DNA of 64,000 nt from Rebecca billardiae RCC1528 (lineage: Eukaryota > Protista > Haptophyta), in assembly GCA_965240325.2 (NCBI GenBank), contig OZ251225.1, forward strand, positions 1-64,000. The letters are read 5' to 3'. Shown in pieces: positions 47,810 to 59,907 of the stretch. The notes beneath the pieces are model-generated. The model was given only the letters and a program-made list of their open reading frames with translations. It was not told where the DNA came from and did not search any database. Position numbers and translations under genes: made by a program. How positions within the stretch are numbered: the stretch's first letter is position 1; each line of letters opens with the position of its first letter.

Positions 47810-49489
47810 CAGGTTGCACGGAAAAATGACCGCCCGCGACTGACAGATGTTACATTCACAGTGGACGTGACCTGTCCACCCGTCTTTCGGTACATCGCGC
47901 CCGTCCCATGGCGGCCGGCGCGTGGCGCGAGTGCTTGGAAACCACGGAGCACATGAATGCCGGTGGTTTCCGACCTTCGCCGCCACGGCCCGCCTCCCCG
48001 TTCGCCCGCAATCGGTACCGCAGTCTGGTGCCCAGTTCCTCTCACTCCCGCGTCGGCAGTGGCGCGAAGCCGAAGCGCATCGGGAAGAAGCACAACTGGG
48101 ACCTGGATACAGGTGGTAGATAGAGCCTTCAAGGAGGCTGCCGTCGCGAACGAGCAGGATGCGCCGGTTGTAGTATGCGCGTGCACCCTTGCACGAACGT
48201 GTGCTGGTCTCCTGCTGCACTGCTCATACCGTACGCACGAGCACGCAACCGTGCGCACGCGCTCAGGTGGCTCGGACCACACACGCGAGTGCTTGTGAAG
48301 CTCGCCTCACGAGGCCTTCGTAGAAGAAGGCGGGCAACCGGAGCGCGCTAAGGAAGCAGAAGACGATGCTCGCCAAACGCGTCCAGCGCGCGAGGGCGAA
48401 GCTTGCTACGGCGCGCGCGGCCTCTGCTGTTGCAGCTCGGGCCGCTGCTCCGGCCGTGCAGGCGTCTGGCGCGGGGTCCTCGGACAAGCAGGCGAACGGT
48501 GGGCAGTCTGCCTTTGCCGCCGGCAAGAAGTATCGGAAGCGCACGCATTTGGTCGAGCGCGTGGCTCGCTCGCGCGCCGTGACGCAGCAAGCAGGCGATC
48601 CTTGACAAGCGCCTCGCTGACGCTCAGCAGGCCGAGGCAACAAGCGCGGCGCTCGACCACGCTGACAGGCACGCCCTGAGTGAGGGGGAAGGCACCTTTC
48701 GAGACAGCACTCAGGCGCTCGACGTTGAGTATCTCATTGATCGCGCGCGTGTGTGATCACGTCAGCAAGACTAAGTCGCGCGAGGTGGAGTAGGTGGTAG
48801 CGCGCCTCTTCGCCGCATCATCCGCAGCTGACTGGCGTGCACCCGCCAGCTCGCTCACGTCGCGCGCGGCAGCGGTCGGCTTCCACCCTGTTCGCACAGC
48901 GCGGCGCCGGCTGCACCGCCCGTTCCGCTGGACGCCGGCTCGCTCGTCGTTGACGACTTCTTCTTCAACCCGGTCGCGCGGGCGCGGTGATGGTACACTC
49001 CGGCAGGCAGATGCGGCGCACTGTCTGATGCTCTATGCGTGCGCGTGCCTTTCCACGACGTCGACTCGGGCTGCTACGCGTGGCATCCAGCTCGAGGCGG
49101 AGGTCGCCAGGGCTCGCCCAAGGTCGAATCTGCCTTGCGTGTGCTGGGTCGCCGAGGTGCGGCCGCAGGGTGCTCGCTGGCTGACTCCTGACGATGACGA
49201 GGAGTTGCGCGCCGTCGCAACTTCTCGCACGTATCGTGCCGACCGCGAGTCGAGTGGATGACGCTCGTGGCGGCTGCTCTTCAAATGACGCGGTTGGGCC
49301 CTTGGCGAGCTTGGGAGGAGGGCTCGGTCTGCTACATGTGCGTCAGTAGGCACGGCCTAAACCGTGCGCAAGACTCATTGAGTCGTACATGGCGCGGCAG
49401 CAACGGCCGCACCCGCGAGGGCCGTGGCCGGGCAGCCATGCTCCAAAGGGCCGAAATGTAACACCAAGGTCAGTTTCCCGTGCAACCTG
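47810..49489. mobile_element. Decayed non-autonomous TIR DNA transposon, hAT-like (1.68 kb)
   Basis: CAGGTTGCACGGAAAAATGACC and GGTCAGTTTCCCGTGCAACCTG (2 mismatches). The 8-bp flanks GTAGTCGA and TCAGTCGT share AGTCG, possibly a decayed TSD. Confidence 0.55.
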
Positions 49490-49767
49490 TCAGTCGTACC
49501 GCCTACCGGTACATGCAGCCTGCACTGTTATTTTCAATAATAATATAATTATATATATATATATTAATATTAATAATTAATAATATTACTTTGAGGGGGG
49601 GGGGGACGACGGCGAGGAGCGCTGATCCTGGTGTTTGTCTCTGCTGCTCGATCTGCTGCTACAGCTTGCTGACTCTGATGACGCCTGCCCGTTGCATACC
49701 ACGTCGTTAATATACCAGATATATATACATATATATACATATTCCATTTACTAATAATACTGCTATA

Positions 49768-52700
49768 GGCTCCGGCTTCGGTTGACCCCTGCCAGTCCGG
49801 TCATAGAAACCGGGCGTACCGAAAATGAAAACGACCTTCGCGAGGTCGCACGGAGGCGGTCGAAGGCTTGCTGGACTCGGGTTGGCGAGCTGAGCGCGAA
49901 TCCGCACCGTTTGCCGCGATCGCTTGTTTTTACACGGCGCCAGAGCCCGATTTTCACCATTTCTACTGGGAGTCCGGGTACTTTGGGCCTTTTGCCCACT
50001 ATGGTGGTGCGGGCGCGGGTCGCGTGGGTGTGCGCATCGTGTTCGACACCGACGTCTCGTACGAACAGCTGGGAGGTAATCTTGGCGACCGCGATGCCGA
50101 GCACCTCTTTGCGGTCGCGCGTGACCTGGAGATCGTGCACACGGTGTCTGGCACGACCTCGTCAGTGCACTCCACGGTCGGTGCAAGCCTCTCTGCACGC
50201 GCTGCGTTTTTTGTCGGGCCTGGGCCGCAACCCGCGAACAATTCACGCTTTTTTTCGCGATGCCCGCGGTTCTGCCTTCCCATTGGTCGGTCGATGGATC
50301 ATCTCAACTTCTCCCGGGACAAAGTGAGACATATTATCTCAATAGCATCTTTATGAATCTTTGGAATCAAAGTTGAAAGAGCCAATCGTCATCCCGAAAG
50401 GCACGATGATGCCGATTCGGCCTAGCTGCAATCTTGTTAGCATCTCGGCCACTGTTCGCTGGATTTGTGCGGGTTTCTCAGCGGTCGAAGGGGTCTCAAG
50501 CAAAGTTGAAGGCTTGCGGGAGCGGAAAACTAGGAGACCGCGGCGAAGTGGCGACAGCTTGCGAAGGGCGTCCACGATGGGCCATACGGCTTACTGTGCA
50601 AGGCAACTCGTGCGGGATCGGGCGCGTACGGCGACGTTTGCATGGTCGTCAATGCGCAGGGTGGGCGGCCTGCGGTGAAACTCACACGACGCCCGACCGC
50701 TGGCAACCACACCGCCGTCAGGCCGAGCTTGGCCGCACCCCGCGTGCGGCGTGGACCGGCCGCCGAGTGGCTTGCGGCCCGCTCAGCACGTACGTCGTCT
50801 CACGCATCGGGCCGAAGCAGAAGCGGCGGTACATGAAGCTGGCAGACTCGGTCATGGAGTGCTTGTCGGTGCCGTCGAACGTCCACCCACCGACGTCCGT
50901 GCCGATGCCAAGCTCCTTCTGCTGGCATCCGAGGCACTCGATGATCACGCCCTTCGCCTTCGGCTTGTGGAGGCGTCCACGGCGTACCCGTATTGATTGG
51001 GACAGGCGATGCGCGAGGACAGCTGAGGGCAAGCCAGCCCGCGCGGTCCGAGCGTGCGCAGCGCGCGCCGCTGGGCTTGCGTGGCGGCAACAGGCTCCGT
51101 TGTGCGGCAGACGGTCGAGTCCGGGGCGCACACGTGCTGACGCAGTCGCCTACGCAACTGGCTTCGGCTGCCGTGCCTTCGCGGTCGTGCACCAAGCCTG
51201 CGTCGCCGCGCGCCGACGCGCCGCCGGCGCGGCGGAGTGCGGGACGCGGTGCCGCCGCCAGTCAGTCGTCCGGCTGACGAGTCCGCGTCGTTCAGTCACA
51301 CACGGACGACGGCTGCCGCGTAATGACCGGGCTGGCCCGCGGCCGCCCACCCAGCCAGTCCCAGGGTGTCCGGAGTCGTGACCGTTGGCAACGGTCACGA
51401 CAGTGCTCAGGCCTCCTCCGAGAAGTTCGGCGCGTCGGGCTCGATCGTCATGCCGGCTGTCATGCCGCGCGCGCTAAATATTATCGTCGTCGATCGATTA
51501 ATAATCTAAACGGGCGCCGTCGCCATTGCAAACTTATTCAAAACTTAAACTACGTCCGTACCGTCGGCTAGTACCGCTCAGATACTGCTCCAGCAGTCAG
51601 ACTGTCAGTCCGACGGTCACTCCGGGACCGCCGGACTCAGACTCAGTGCGTGACTTGTACTCTCCGGACCGGCACGGATGACCGCACGGTCCGACAGACG
51701 AGTCGGATCGACGGAGACAGGAGAGCCAGACTGAGACACGCGTCAGTTCGATAACGTGAGACAGTCATAGCACCGTACTCCGTAGTAGCCGACGAGGGCT
51801 CGGACAGTCGGACTCGACGTGTCAGTCCGTCAGACCGTCCGCCGTACGCGTCAGTGACGAGACAGCGGCGCCAGTCGGTCGCCAGTCGAGTGCGGCACCG
51901 GGGCGGGAGCCGGAGCCGCTGTCCGAGTGGCACGCGGGTCCGAGCAGTTACACCGTGACGCCCGGCCTAAGTCGGTCCGCGCAAGACAGAAGTCGTGAGA
52001 AGACGCCGGCGGATCTGATCTGACTTACTGAGACTGAGCAGATGGCATCATATTCATATATAGCAGCATGCTGATCATATAAGTATATAGATAGCATCAG
52101 CCGTACCGCAGCAGTAAGGCTGATGTAGGCCGCCTGCGCGGCCCTGAGCGGGAGCCTGATGCCAGCTGACTCCTGTCTGAGGCGCGCCCGGCGCTGCCGC
52201 GCCCGGCACCCGGCTCCGGCGCGGCCGGTGCAGGTCAGCCGTCACTCGTCAGGGTGTCAGCGGTCAGGACCGCGTCCGGCGTCCAAAATCTACGAGTCTG
52301 TCCGCGGTCTCGGCGCCCGGGTCCGGACCTTGAAGTCACTCAGCTGCGTCCGATGCCGCCATCCACAGAGGTATACAAAGTCCGTCTCCACGATCGTCAG
52401 AGTCACGCCGCCGCCTGACTAAGGCCGCCGGGCGCGCGCGCGTCGCGCCCCGGCCGTGAGGTGATCGTGAAGAACTGCGCGCGCGTACGGCGCGCGCGCG
52501 TGCCGCGAGGGCTGAATTGGAATGGAACCCTGCCGTGCCAGGATATGCCCATCGCCCTCTGTCCTCGGGCGTCGCCCGTCCCAATGAATACTGGTACGCA
52601 GTGGACACCTCCACCTGCAGGCGTACAAGCGAACGGCGGCGGGCGACGAGGGGCACTGTGATGTGCGTGCTGCATCCAGGCAGCGCGCCGGACGCGTACC

Positions 52701-54258
52701 TGAGCTTCCTGAGAAGCTGGGCCTTGCATCGGGCTGTGCTGTTCTCGGCGGACGCGCGTCGTGTGAGCTTCACCATAGCCAGCCCACCCTGGGTGTCGAC
52801 GACCTTGTAAACATCGCCATGCGTGCTCGTCATCGTACCGCATAACGGTTCAGCCTCTCCGTAAGCCGCAGATGGGACATCCATCTGCTCGACTCCTCGC
52901 TGGGGAGCCTCGGGTCGCGCGCCGAATTCACCGACTTGCGCGACCTCAGCAGCCGGCCGAGCGGCGCCCAGCCGCGCATGCTTGCCCCCTCAGCACGGCG
53001 CGGCGCGGCGTGCACTCGGGCCAACGGGTGCCGCACGACATTTAGATAAAGAGCTTCTGCTCCTGCACTCGCAGGTTCCATAGCACGAGCGCGCCCAAGG
53101 CGAAGAGGAAGGCGTCGACGGGTGCGGGCAGCGCGTGTTCGTCGTGCTCCCCCGAGGAGCGCGCCGAGGGCAACGCCACGTGCGCGGCGCCGGCGACGCC
53201 GGGCAGCGTGCTCATGGTGTCGTTGAGGAATTCCGAGATTCCTCTCCCAGACGCGGCGGCGGCGGTGAGGCCGCGCCGCCCTGCTTGGAAGGAGCTCCGA
53301 CTCCCAAGAGGGCCTTCGGCTGCAAAGCTGATTCTCTTCCGATCTCCTAGCCGATCTTCGTTTAGTCTATTGGTCCGACGAAGCACAGAAAATGTTTTTT
53401 GGGGGGCCTCGGCGTGCCGATCTCGCACGTTAGTTTGGCAAGCGGTACAGAAACGCTGCGTTGCGCCGTCTCCGGACCTCTGCAATCAGATCAAGGTGAA
53501 CATGTCGAGGACGCACAACACGATGGAGCGGATGCTTTTCCATCTCGTCGTCGATAAGCTCAGGCCTCTCTGTCTGGACGAGTACTTTGTGATCCTTACG
53601 CGCTCGACACTGCAAGTCGCGACGAGGGCGACTCAGAGCCCGAGACAAGCAGCAAGCGGCAGAAGGAGGCGGACGGGCAGTGGTGGACGATGGGGGGGCG
53701 AGTCTGATTTCAAGCGATACGCGCGCATGGATCTTGACCGGCGCTCGCGCGAGCTGGGCACCGGCGAGATCGAGAGCGACACGATCGTCCGCGGCGTTGT
53801 CGTGCTCACGCCCGTGCAACCGATCACGCCCGACTTTCAGCGGCGCCCCAGCACGCGGCACGAGGCGGAGGCACGCGGCAGCGGCGGCGGAGCGGCCGCG
53901 TCCGGCGGTGTACCAGCTGAGAGAAGAGCGCGGCACAAGAGTGCGGGGCCGGGTGAGCTGCCGTGAGGCGTGACATACATGGTCATGGCGTGCGTGATGC
54001 ATGAAATGGAATACAAGTTCCGTCAGAAATACCCGCGCCAATATGCATTTACCCATTTTCGGATTTCGGTCAGATTTCTGTATGTGTTACTTATGAAAAT
54101 TGAGCCTGAAACATATTGGGAGGTGGGTGTATGCTCAATGTCGCTTTGAAGTCATCAATCGGGGGTCGGGAGGGACCCGGCTATATGGTCCGCTCGAGTG
54201 ACTTCGACTCGGTTCTCAGAATGCCCGCCACTGGCAGGGGTCAACCGAATCCGGAGCC
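49768..54258. mobile_element. 4.5-kb TIR DNA transposon-like element with degenerate internal ORFs
   Basis: 29-bp TIR GGCTCCGG(C/A)TTCGGTTGACCCCTGCCAGT with one mismatch, TATA on both flanks, and an AT-rich insertion site. Confidence 0.75.
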
Positions 54259-54704
54259 TATATATATGTCACGGCGACAAAACCGTGCTCGCCAGTGGGA
54301 ACCGGTGTCACGCCCCGTTGGGTGTACCTCTCACACGGCCGATGGCGGCCCCCACGTGCGCAAGGAATGCGATTCGTGCACTCCTCGGTGACCGGTGAGT
54401 GCACGAATCCAGTTGCGGCGCTCGTCCGCCTCGTCGTTGTCGCACACGAGGTACATCCAACACCATGGGTCGGATCCCAGAACTCTCCGCGCGCTCGCCT
54501 CTGCGCGGCACTGGAGGCTTGTTCTCATCATCTTGGCCAAGACTGCAGCCTGAAAGATGCGCGAGGACGCGCGTGCACGCCTTTCCCCGAATACACGAAT
54601 ACGCGGCATGCGCGGCGCGCCTCCAGTAGTAGCTCGCCGGCATCGACACCATCGCCAGCCACGCCGCCGCGGCCGACCGCGCGCATCGTCGAGTTGCGCA
54701 GCGC

Positions 54705-55204
54705 TCACCCCGCGCCTCCGCTCGGCGGTGCGCCCTGGGCGGCGGGGGGCGCCTCCCACTCGGGCTTGGGGTAGATGCCCTGCTGCGAGCAGACGAACGC
54801 GGCGGCGGAGGGCGGCTGCATGTGCCCCGACTCGCCCATCGCGCGCCGCTTGTACACCCCCTTCCACGTCTGGAAGTGGAAGAAGGCGGCGGCGTCGTAC
54901 CGGCGGTCGGGCGTGCGCAGCCGGCGGCGCCGCCGCCACATCTTGCCGTCGAGCCAGAGCAGGTCGTCGTCCGAGCCGACGCCGCCGTTCGTCAGGTTGG
55001 CGCACACGCGCCAGCGCTCGTCCACCCAGCGCGAGCAGTTCGAGTGCAGCGCGAGCGGGAGCAGCGGGCCCACGGGCTCGTACAGCCCGCGCAGCGCGAC
55101 CGAGTGCTCGCGCTCGGCGGCGGCGGCCGCGTCGTCGTCCGCGTCCGCGTCGGGGCCGAGCGCGCACGCGCCGCGCCGCGCCGGCCGCGGGAGCGCGCCC
55201 GGCT

Positions 55205-55235
<31 letters not shown>

Positions 55236-56357
55236 GCTGCCGCCCTCCGTGCCGTGCGCGGCGGGGCAGACGCGCACCTGCCCGTCGAGCACGGCGAGCT
55301 CGCCCTCCAGCCCGAAGTCCGCGAAGAACTTGTTGGCGATCTTGACGCGGATGCCGGGCGTGCCGTACACGGCCGCCGAGTAGCAGCCCTCGGCGCTGAT
55401 GAACCGCACGCGCGGCGGCGGCTTGCCCGACTTCTGCGCCTCCTCCGACATGCGCTTGTGCGCGGCCGCCTTGAAGGTGAGCTCGCGCAGCAGCCCCGCG
55501 CCGAGGTGCTCGCACCGCGCGAAGATCGTGTTGACGTGCGGCACGTTGCGGTGCGCGGTGTACTGGCCGCGCATGTAGAGCCGCTCGTGGTCGCCAAACG
55601 ACCACGTCACCACCTCGTACTGCGTCAGCTCGGCGCGCTCGATGAACGCGGGCAGGTCGCCGGCGACGATGTCGAGGTCGGTGTACGACCAGTGCGTGTA
55701 CCCGCGCAGCCACTCGGCGAAGACGACGCCGAGCGTCGGCTTGTACTCCGTGACGATGTACTTGTACGAGCGGAACGAGTACTCGAACGCCTTCACCAGC
55801 CGCGCCGTCTCGTGCGTCACGTTCAGCGCGCGCGCGAGCGAGACGCCAAACTGGTACGCGAGCCCGCCGGGGCCCATGTCGACGAAGCGCACGTTGGGCG
55901 GCACGAGCTCGGGCGGCACGCGGCCCAGCGACGCCGAGACGTTCGCCGCCTCGTGGAAGATGAGCCAGTCGACGAGGAAGGCCGAGCGGCGCGCGGAGAC
56001 GAGGAAGTAGGGGAACCACGGCGGGAAGTGCTCGCCCAGCCACGGGACGACCATCGCCAGGCGGAACTCGGGGTGCCGCGCGGGCGGCGGCCCCAGCTCG
56101 GTGGCAGCCACGCCCAGCGGCGGCGGCTCGGCGGCCGGTGCGGCCGCGTGACCGTCGCCCAGGGGCGCGCGCGCGCGAACGAGCGGCAGCGGCAGCAGCC
56201 GCCTCCGGCGCGCCGCGCCGCCGCCGCCGCCGCCGCCGCCCGAGCTCATCGACGGCCCGTCGCTCAGCGAGACCCATGGGAACCAGATGAGCGGCGAGAG
56301 AATGAAACCGAGCGTGAAGCAGAGGAGGGCGGGCAGGGCGCCGCGCGGGGCTCGCAT
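54705..56357 (-). CDS. Type II membrane putative glycosyltransferase (DXD motif; DUF6625-like), 550 aa
   Basis: N-terminal signal anchor; motifs PPWFPYFL, DWLIF, EYKPTLG..F..WL.GYTHWSYTDLDIVAG and FFHFQ.WK. Confidence 0.75.
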
Positions 56358-56648
56358 CGAGCGCGCGAGGGCGACCCCTTAGCGCAGCGGCCCGCGGCGC
56401 GCCGCCATCGTCGCGCCTGCGAAAAGCTACTAAAAAGGAGCTTGTCCGGACGACCGGATCACGCGCGCAAGTTACGCATCCACCCTCTGCAGTCTGCACG
56501 AACGAAACCCAACGCCGCGACGGTTCAGCCAATCATCATCAAGCGCGATCGAGAGGGGGTCGCCAGCGCTCAGAAGCGTCCGCTTGATCCAGCGCGGACG
56601 CCCCCCCCCCCCCAGCAGGTGGCCCCTCACCCACCTCCTCCCGTGACG

Positions 56649-57587
56649 ATGCTCGGCGGGGCCGTGCTGGCGCTGCTCCCGCTGGCGGCGGCGGCAGCGG
56701 CCGCGTCGGTCGGCGAGCTCGACGTCTGCCCGCTCGACCGCTGCGGCGCCGCAGCGCCCGCCGCGTGCCCGCTCGCGCCCGCGTCGGCGCGCTCGAGCGC
56801 GGGCGGCATGGCTGAGAAGGTCTTCTTCCGCAACGATGGCGCCCGCCCGGCGCGCGTGCTGCGCGTAGACGAGGCGGGCGCGGAGCACGAGCACCTGGTC
56901 CTCGCCCCCGGCGCGCGCGCCACCGTCGAGACGCACCAGGGCGCCGCGTGGCGCGCGCGGCGCGCGGACACTGGCCGTCTGCTGCTCGAGCACGTCGTCA
57001 AGCCCGTCTCCATCGGCGCGTGCTCGTGCCCGCCCGCGGCGGCGCCGGACTGCGGCCGCCCGCCGTTCCGCGGGTACCGGACGACGTGGGACCCGATCGT
57101 CTTCGCCAACGACTCGCCGCTCCCCGTGCGCCTCACGTGGTGGGACGGCGAGTGCGAGGAGGCGCTGGTGGTCGGCCCCGAGCGCTCGCTGCCGCCCTTC
57201 TCCTCGGTGCGCATGATCGCCACCTACGGGCACACCTTCCGCGCGCACCCGCTCGGCGCGCCGGAGCAGCTGCTGCGGCAGCACACGATCGGCGACGTCG
57301 TGCTCCCGCCGTGTGACGAGGAGGAGGCCGTCGCCGCGGGCGGCGCCGCTGCCGCCGACGCGCTCGCCGCCGCCGCCGCCGAGGCCGAGCGCGCCGACGC
57401 GGCCGCGAGCGAGCGCGTCGCCTCGCTGCGCGCGGACAACGACGCGCTGCGTGCCGAGATCGCGCGCGTGCTCGGCGAGCTGCGCAGCCTGAGCGCGTCG
57501 AACGCGACGCTGCCGATCGACGGGGCCGCGCCCGAGCCGGCGAGCCTCGCGCCCGCGCGCCTCGGCCTCGCCACCATCGCCAAGTGA
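56649..57587 (+). CDS. Secreted protein with two VHL-beta-like domains and a C-terminal coiled coil (312 aa)
   Basis: Signal peptide MLGGAVLALLPLAAA. Repeats VFFRNDG..ARVLRVDEAG.E....L.PG.....TH.G..WRA and IVFANDS..PVRLTWWDG..TY.GHTFRA. Coiled-coil segment LRADNDALRAEI. Confidence 0.72.
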   Translation: MLGGAVLALLPLAAAAAAASVGELDVCPLDRCGAAAPAACPLAPASARSSAGGMAEKVFFRNDGARPARVLRVDEAGAEHEHLVLAPGARATVETHQGAAWRARRADTGRLLLEHVVKPVSIGACSCPPAAAPDCGRPPFRGYRTTWDPIVFANDSPLPVRLTWWDGECEEALVVGPERSLPPFSSVRMIATYGHTFRAHPLGAPEQLLRQHTIGDVVLPPCDEEEAVAAGGAAAADALAAAAAEAERADAAASERVASLRADNDALRAEIARVLGELRSLSASNATLPIDGAAPEPASLAPARLGLATIAK

Positions 57588-58000
57588 GCGTTTCTGTGCA
57601 GCCGCGGCCGCGCGGCCGCCCGCGGCCCCGTGCGGTCCGCGCAGCGCCAACAACATGGATCAGGGGCGGTGAGGACATGCCGAGCGTGCGAGCACGTTGG
57701 AGCGGCTGCCAGATCGAGTCGCTCGCGATTCGGCCACGGCCTCCCGCGACGCGCGCGGGCCGCAGGTCAGTGATGCGTGCGGCCCGCCTCCGCCATCAGG
57801 CATCAGGCATGGCCGAACGCACGTGTCACTGACACTGTGACTGAGTCTGACTCACTCGGCTGAGTACAGCCTGACTGAGACAGCCACCGTCACCGTGCCG
57901 TCGCGATTACAGCGCGTAATGCTCCTCTGGGTCTAGTAGCACAGTGACGAGGATGAAGTAGCAGACGCGACGGACCCGAGCCACGCGGGCTCCTGGGCCT

Positions 58001-58180
58001 CACCGGCCGCGGGCGCGGACACTGGCGGGACAGGCGCCGTGCCCGTTGCGGCCGTGCCCGTGCCGGCGGCCCGGCGCGGACTGCGCCCTGCACCGGCCGC
58101 GGGCGCGGACACTGGCGGGACAGGCGCCGTGCCCGTTGCGGCCGTGCCCGTGCCGGCGGCCCGGCGCGGACTGCGCCCTG
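58001..58180. repeat. Perfect 90-bp tandem duplication
   Basis: 58001-58090 is identical to 58091-58180. Confidence 0.95.
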
Positions 58181-58719
58181 CCTCCGCAGAGCCGTGCTGA
58201 TGGGGCTGTCGTCATCCGATCAGTCAGTACTCTGCGCCTAGCATACTGCCGTCGTCGTCGAGTAGGCGAGTGAGCTGCCGCTGCGCCGGCGCGTACCCCA
58301 AACTGGCCGCCGGGCGTGATCGTGCATGAGGGTCACCTCCAGCGTTGAAGCCTGCACCTGCATTCGTCATCGGCTGCACTCCGTGAGTGACTCAAGAGTC
58401 CGAGCACGCTCGACGCGGTCGACGGCGCTGCTCATGATGATGATGCCGGGAAGGTATCCGGCGGGGACGGCCATTGGCGTGGTGATGACGGGATAGCAGC
58501 CCACGGCACGGCTGCAATACGCCGACGTAGGACCATGGACAGCCGCGTACGCAATGCCGTGCGAGAGGCCCCGGCGCACCGCCCCAGACCACGCTAGCGC
58601 GGGCTGTCAATGCGACCGCCTCACCGCCAGAGCTCGAGGGACTCGCCCCGGCGCCCCTCAAGATATGAAAGGATTGCCAGCCACGCTGAGCGCATCTCAG
58701 CCGGTTGCCCACTCGTCCC

Positions 58720-58947
58720 CTACAACCATCCCAGCTTGTTGAGCGCAAGCATGCCAGCAAAGACGATGACGAGACCGACCAGCTGCGCGATCATCTGCTT
58801 GAACGAGTCATCCATCACCTGGCGGCGCAGCTTCTGCCGGTAAGGCGTGTCGTGCCGACTCGCGCCCTGTCCACCCGGCCGCTTCTCCTTTGCGTCGTCC
58901 GCGTCTTTCGGCGGTTCATCCGCCGGGGACGCGCCGCGGCGCCTCAT
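58720..58947 (-). CDS. Small tail-anchored membrane protein (75 aa)
   Basis: MRRRGASPADEPPK... with a charged N-terminus and C-terminal TM IAQLVGLVIVFAGMLAL. Divergent from the Nudix gene across 129 bp. Confidence 0.55.
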   Translation of the reverse strand: MRRRGASPADEPPKDADDAKEKRPGGQGASRHDTPYRQKLRRQVMDDSFKQMIAQLVGLVIVFAGMLALNKLGWL

Positions 58948-59076
58948 CGCCCACGAACGCCGGCGCCACCGTTGGCCGACCGGACCTCTCGACCGTCGAA
59001 TGGACAAAAAAGATGAAGAAAAGAGAAAATCATCAGTGGGCGGTGCCCACGGGCTGGCGGCGTCTCCGACGGATCG

Positions 59077-59907
59077 ATGGCGGCCGTGACCGTCGCGGCG
59101 ATCGTGGCCGTAGCCGGCCTTGCGCGGGCGCCAGCGTCGACGCAGCGCGGAGTCTCCGTGATCGGCGCACGACCAGCGCTCACGGGCCTCCCACGCGCCC
59201 GCGTGCTCGCGTCCGACGCCGAGCGCGAGGCGGATGCGCGCTTTGCCGCGTTCGTGCGCGCGCAGAGAAAGAACCGCGAGAGCGCCGAGGCCAACCAGCT
59301 GGGCGCGGACGAGGACCCGGCGTACCCGCCGAGCGCGCGGCAGGCTGACGCGCCTCCGATGGCCGTGCCAATCGACCCGCCGGCGCAGCAGCAGCCGTCC
59401 CGCGCCGTGCGCGTGGGCGTGGCCGCGCTGGTGCGCTCGGCCGACTACCCCGGCTGCATCCTGCTCAACCGCCGCCGCGGCAAGGGGGGGAGCGAGGCGC
59501 TGGGCGCTGGCGCGTATGGGCTGCCCGGTGGGCACCTCGAGTACGGCGAGCAGTTCGCCCAGTGCGTCGCGCGCGAGCTGCGCGAAGAAGCGGGCGTCGA
59601 GGTGGACCCGGCGCGCGTGCGCTTTGGCCATGCGACCAACGCCGTCGCCGCCGAGCTGCGCACACGCGGCTCGGCGCTCGGCGACGCGGCGCTCGACGAC
59701 GGGGAGTACCACTACGTGTGCATCTTCATGACATGCGACTTGCCCGCCGGCCAGTGCCCGCGCGACCTCGAGCCCGAGCGCTCGGCTGGCTGGGAGTGGC
59801 ACCGCTGGGCGGAGATGCCAGCGCCCCTCGACGCGCGGCTCGCGCAGCTCGTCGCTGAGGCGCCTGGGGTCGGCTTCGACCCGCTCCGTGCGCATCATGA
59901 GGATTGA
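59077..59907 (+). CDS. Nudix hydrolase, NUDT15/MutT-like (276 aa)
   Basis: Complete Nudix box GGHLEYGEQFAQCVARELREEAGV plus VRVGVAA, HYVCIFM and LEPE...GWEW..W. Hydrophobic N-terminal targeting-like peptide. Confidence 0.9.
   Translation: MAAVTVAAIVAVAGLARAPASTQRGVSVIGARPALTGLPRARVLASDAEREADARFAAFVRAQRKNRESAEANQLGADEDPAYPPSARQADAPPMAVPIDPPAQQQPSRAVRVGVAALVRSADYPGCILLNRRRGKGGSEALGAGAYGLPGGHLEYGEQFAQCVARELREEAGVEVDPARVRFGHATNAVAAELRTRGSALGDAALDDGEYHYVCIFMTCDLPAGQCPRDLEPERSAGWEWHRWAEMPAPLDARLAQLVAEAPGVGFDPLRAHHED

Noticed and set aside
53208-53966. 252-aa ORF as the transposase of the 4.5-kb TIR element
   Set aside because: No DDE or DNA-binding motif was recognised; it may be a decayed coding remnant but cannot be named.
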